Positions 62,760-64,000 of a stretch of DNA of 64,000 nt are shown piece by piece. This stretch comes from Octopus bimaculoides (taxonomy: Eukaryota), in contig NC_069001.1 of assembly GCF_001194135.2 (NCBI RefSeq), positions 37,980,914-38,044,913 of the forward strand, read 5' to 3'. The notes under the pieces are model-generated. The model searched no databases. It saw only the letters and a list, made by a program, of their open reading frames with translations, and had not been told where the DNA came from. Made by a program: the position numbers and the translations under genes. Numbering within the stretch: the stretch's first letter is position 1; each line of letters opens with the position of its first letter.

Positions 62760-63753
62760 TGGATTAATGGACGGATGCGTTATGTAGTCTCCAGGGTTGT
62801 TTACAACATCAAATCATTCAAAACAAGTGACCAACACATTTGTATTTCATTCTGTTTCAAGTTCAGATTATTTAGAGATTTTCAACGCTTGTAATTGAAG
62901 CAAACACCTAAGAGGACTTCAAATGGCTCCAGACGATTAATATCACACAGTTTAACAAAATGGCAGACGACAGAATTATCTCTCGTTTCCTTTCGCTGTC
63001 CGTGTTTTAGATTTGTTTTGCGAATTGTTTGGCAACGGTAACGACTGTTTCCAGGGTCCCTGAGAATGGTAGGTAGAAGGGGGAAAAATTGTATGCAGAC
63101 TTGAGATCTGGCCTGAATATTTGCAGCAAAATGGATTCCACAAAAGTTACCCAATAACCCAATAACCAGGCGGTGTCGTGAAACTGGTGCGGTCGGGAGA
63201 GATTAGATATACCACTCGTTAACTGAGACAGTCGTGTGTGAAGGAAGGAAGAAACCCAAACACATAGACACACACACACACGCACACACGCGCGCACAAA
63301 CGTTGTGTTCTTGAACAAAACACTTCATCTCACATTGTTCTCCGAGGACTTCAACAACACCTGACACGTGGTACACCTGTCAGGCAATTTGTATACCGAA
63401 AGTGTTTAACACTATAAATACCAGCGGCCTTTCAACGGGGATCACAATATCAAAGTATGATATAATAAATATGTAACATATGGTATAATTATAAACAGGG
63501 CAAATTTTAGCCATTTCTCCGCAGACTGTAATACATATACATACACACACTTACATATATCTACACACACACACATATCATATTATATACTCCTATAATC
63601 ACGACTATTTTCCCATATCATACTCGATCGTATCATAGATGTTATCAATGTTCTGACGAACATCATTCTTACATTCTTACTCTTGTGTTGGAGTTGTTAT
63701 CATTGTTGTAGTAGAAGTAGTAGTTGTTGTTAATATTATTATTATTATTATTA

Positions 63754-63814
<61 letters not shown>

Positions 63815-63885
63815 CATCATCATCATCATCATTATTATTATTTTTATTATTATTATTATTATTATCATCATTATTATTATTATTA

Positions 63886-63932
<47 letters not shown>

Positions 63933-64000
63933 GTTATTATCATTTCTGATTATTTCTTCAGTGACGATTATTGTTATTGTTCCAAAATCTTTGGACATTC

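Overview
AT-rich, microsatellite-saturated animal genomic DNA with many N gaps (e.g. ~614-1325, 6116-6431, 13650-13962, 14784-15163, 41967-42663, 45512-46040, 59498-59822, 62071-62689). The repeat landscape suggests an octopus (inference; not database-checked). Two complete spliced genes could be assembled by hand with consistent GT-AG boundaries and intron phases. QRSL1/GatA (mitochondrial Glu-tRNA(Gln) amidotransferase subunit A) is on the minus strand: 10 coding exons, 27830->11718, 565 aa. RTN4IP1 (mitochondrial NADPH oxidoreductase, MDR family) is on the plus strand: 9 coding exons, ~28441->37908, ~407-409 aa. They lie head-to-head with start codons ~610 bp apart, the arrangement known from human 6q21. 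The rest is at least four SINE-like families, RTE, CR1/Jockey-like and Penelope-like retroelement relics, a mariner relic, MITE-like foldbacks and simple repeats. Leads worth following: the conserved bidirectional pair; a CpG-decay (methylation) domain visible in SINE copies; long inverted repeats in four QRSL1 introns; a ~68-aa loop in QRSL1; a hammerhead-like motif; a 29-bp hairpin; and orphan exon/promoter candidates. No CRISPR array, rRNA or convincing tRNA gene was found. I cannot claim a wholly new system from sequence alone. Repeat coordinates are approximate; exon coordinates were counted base by base.
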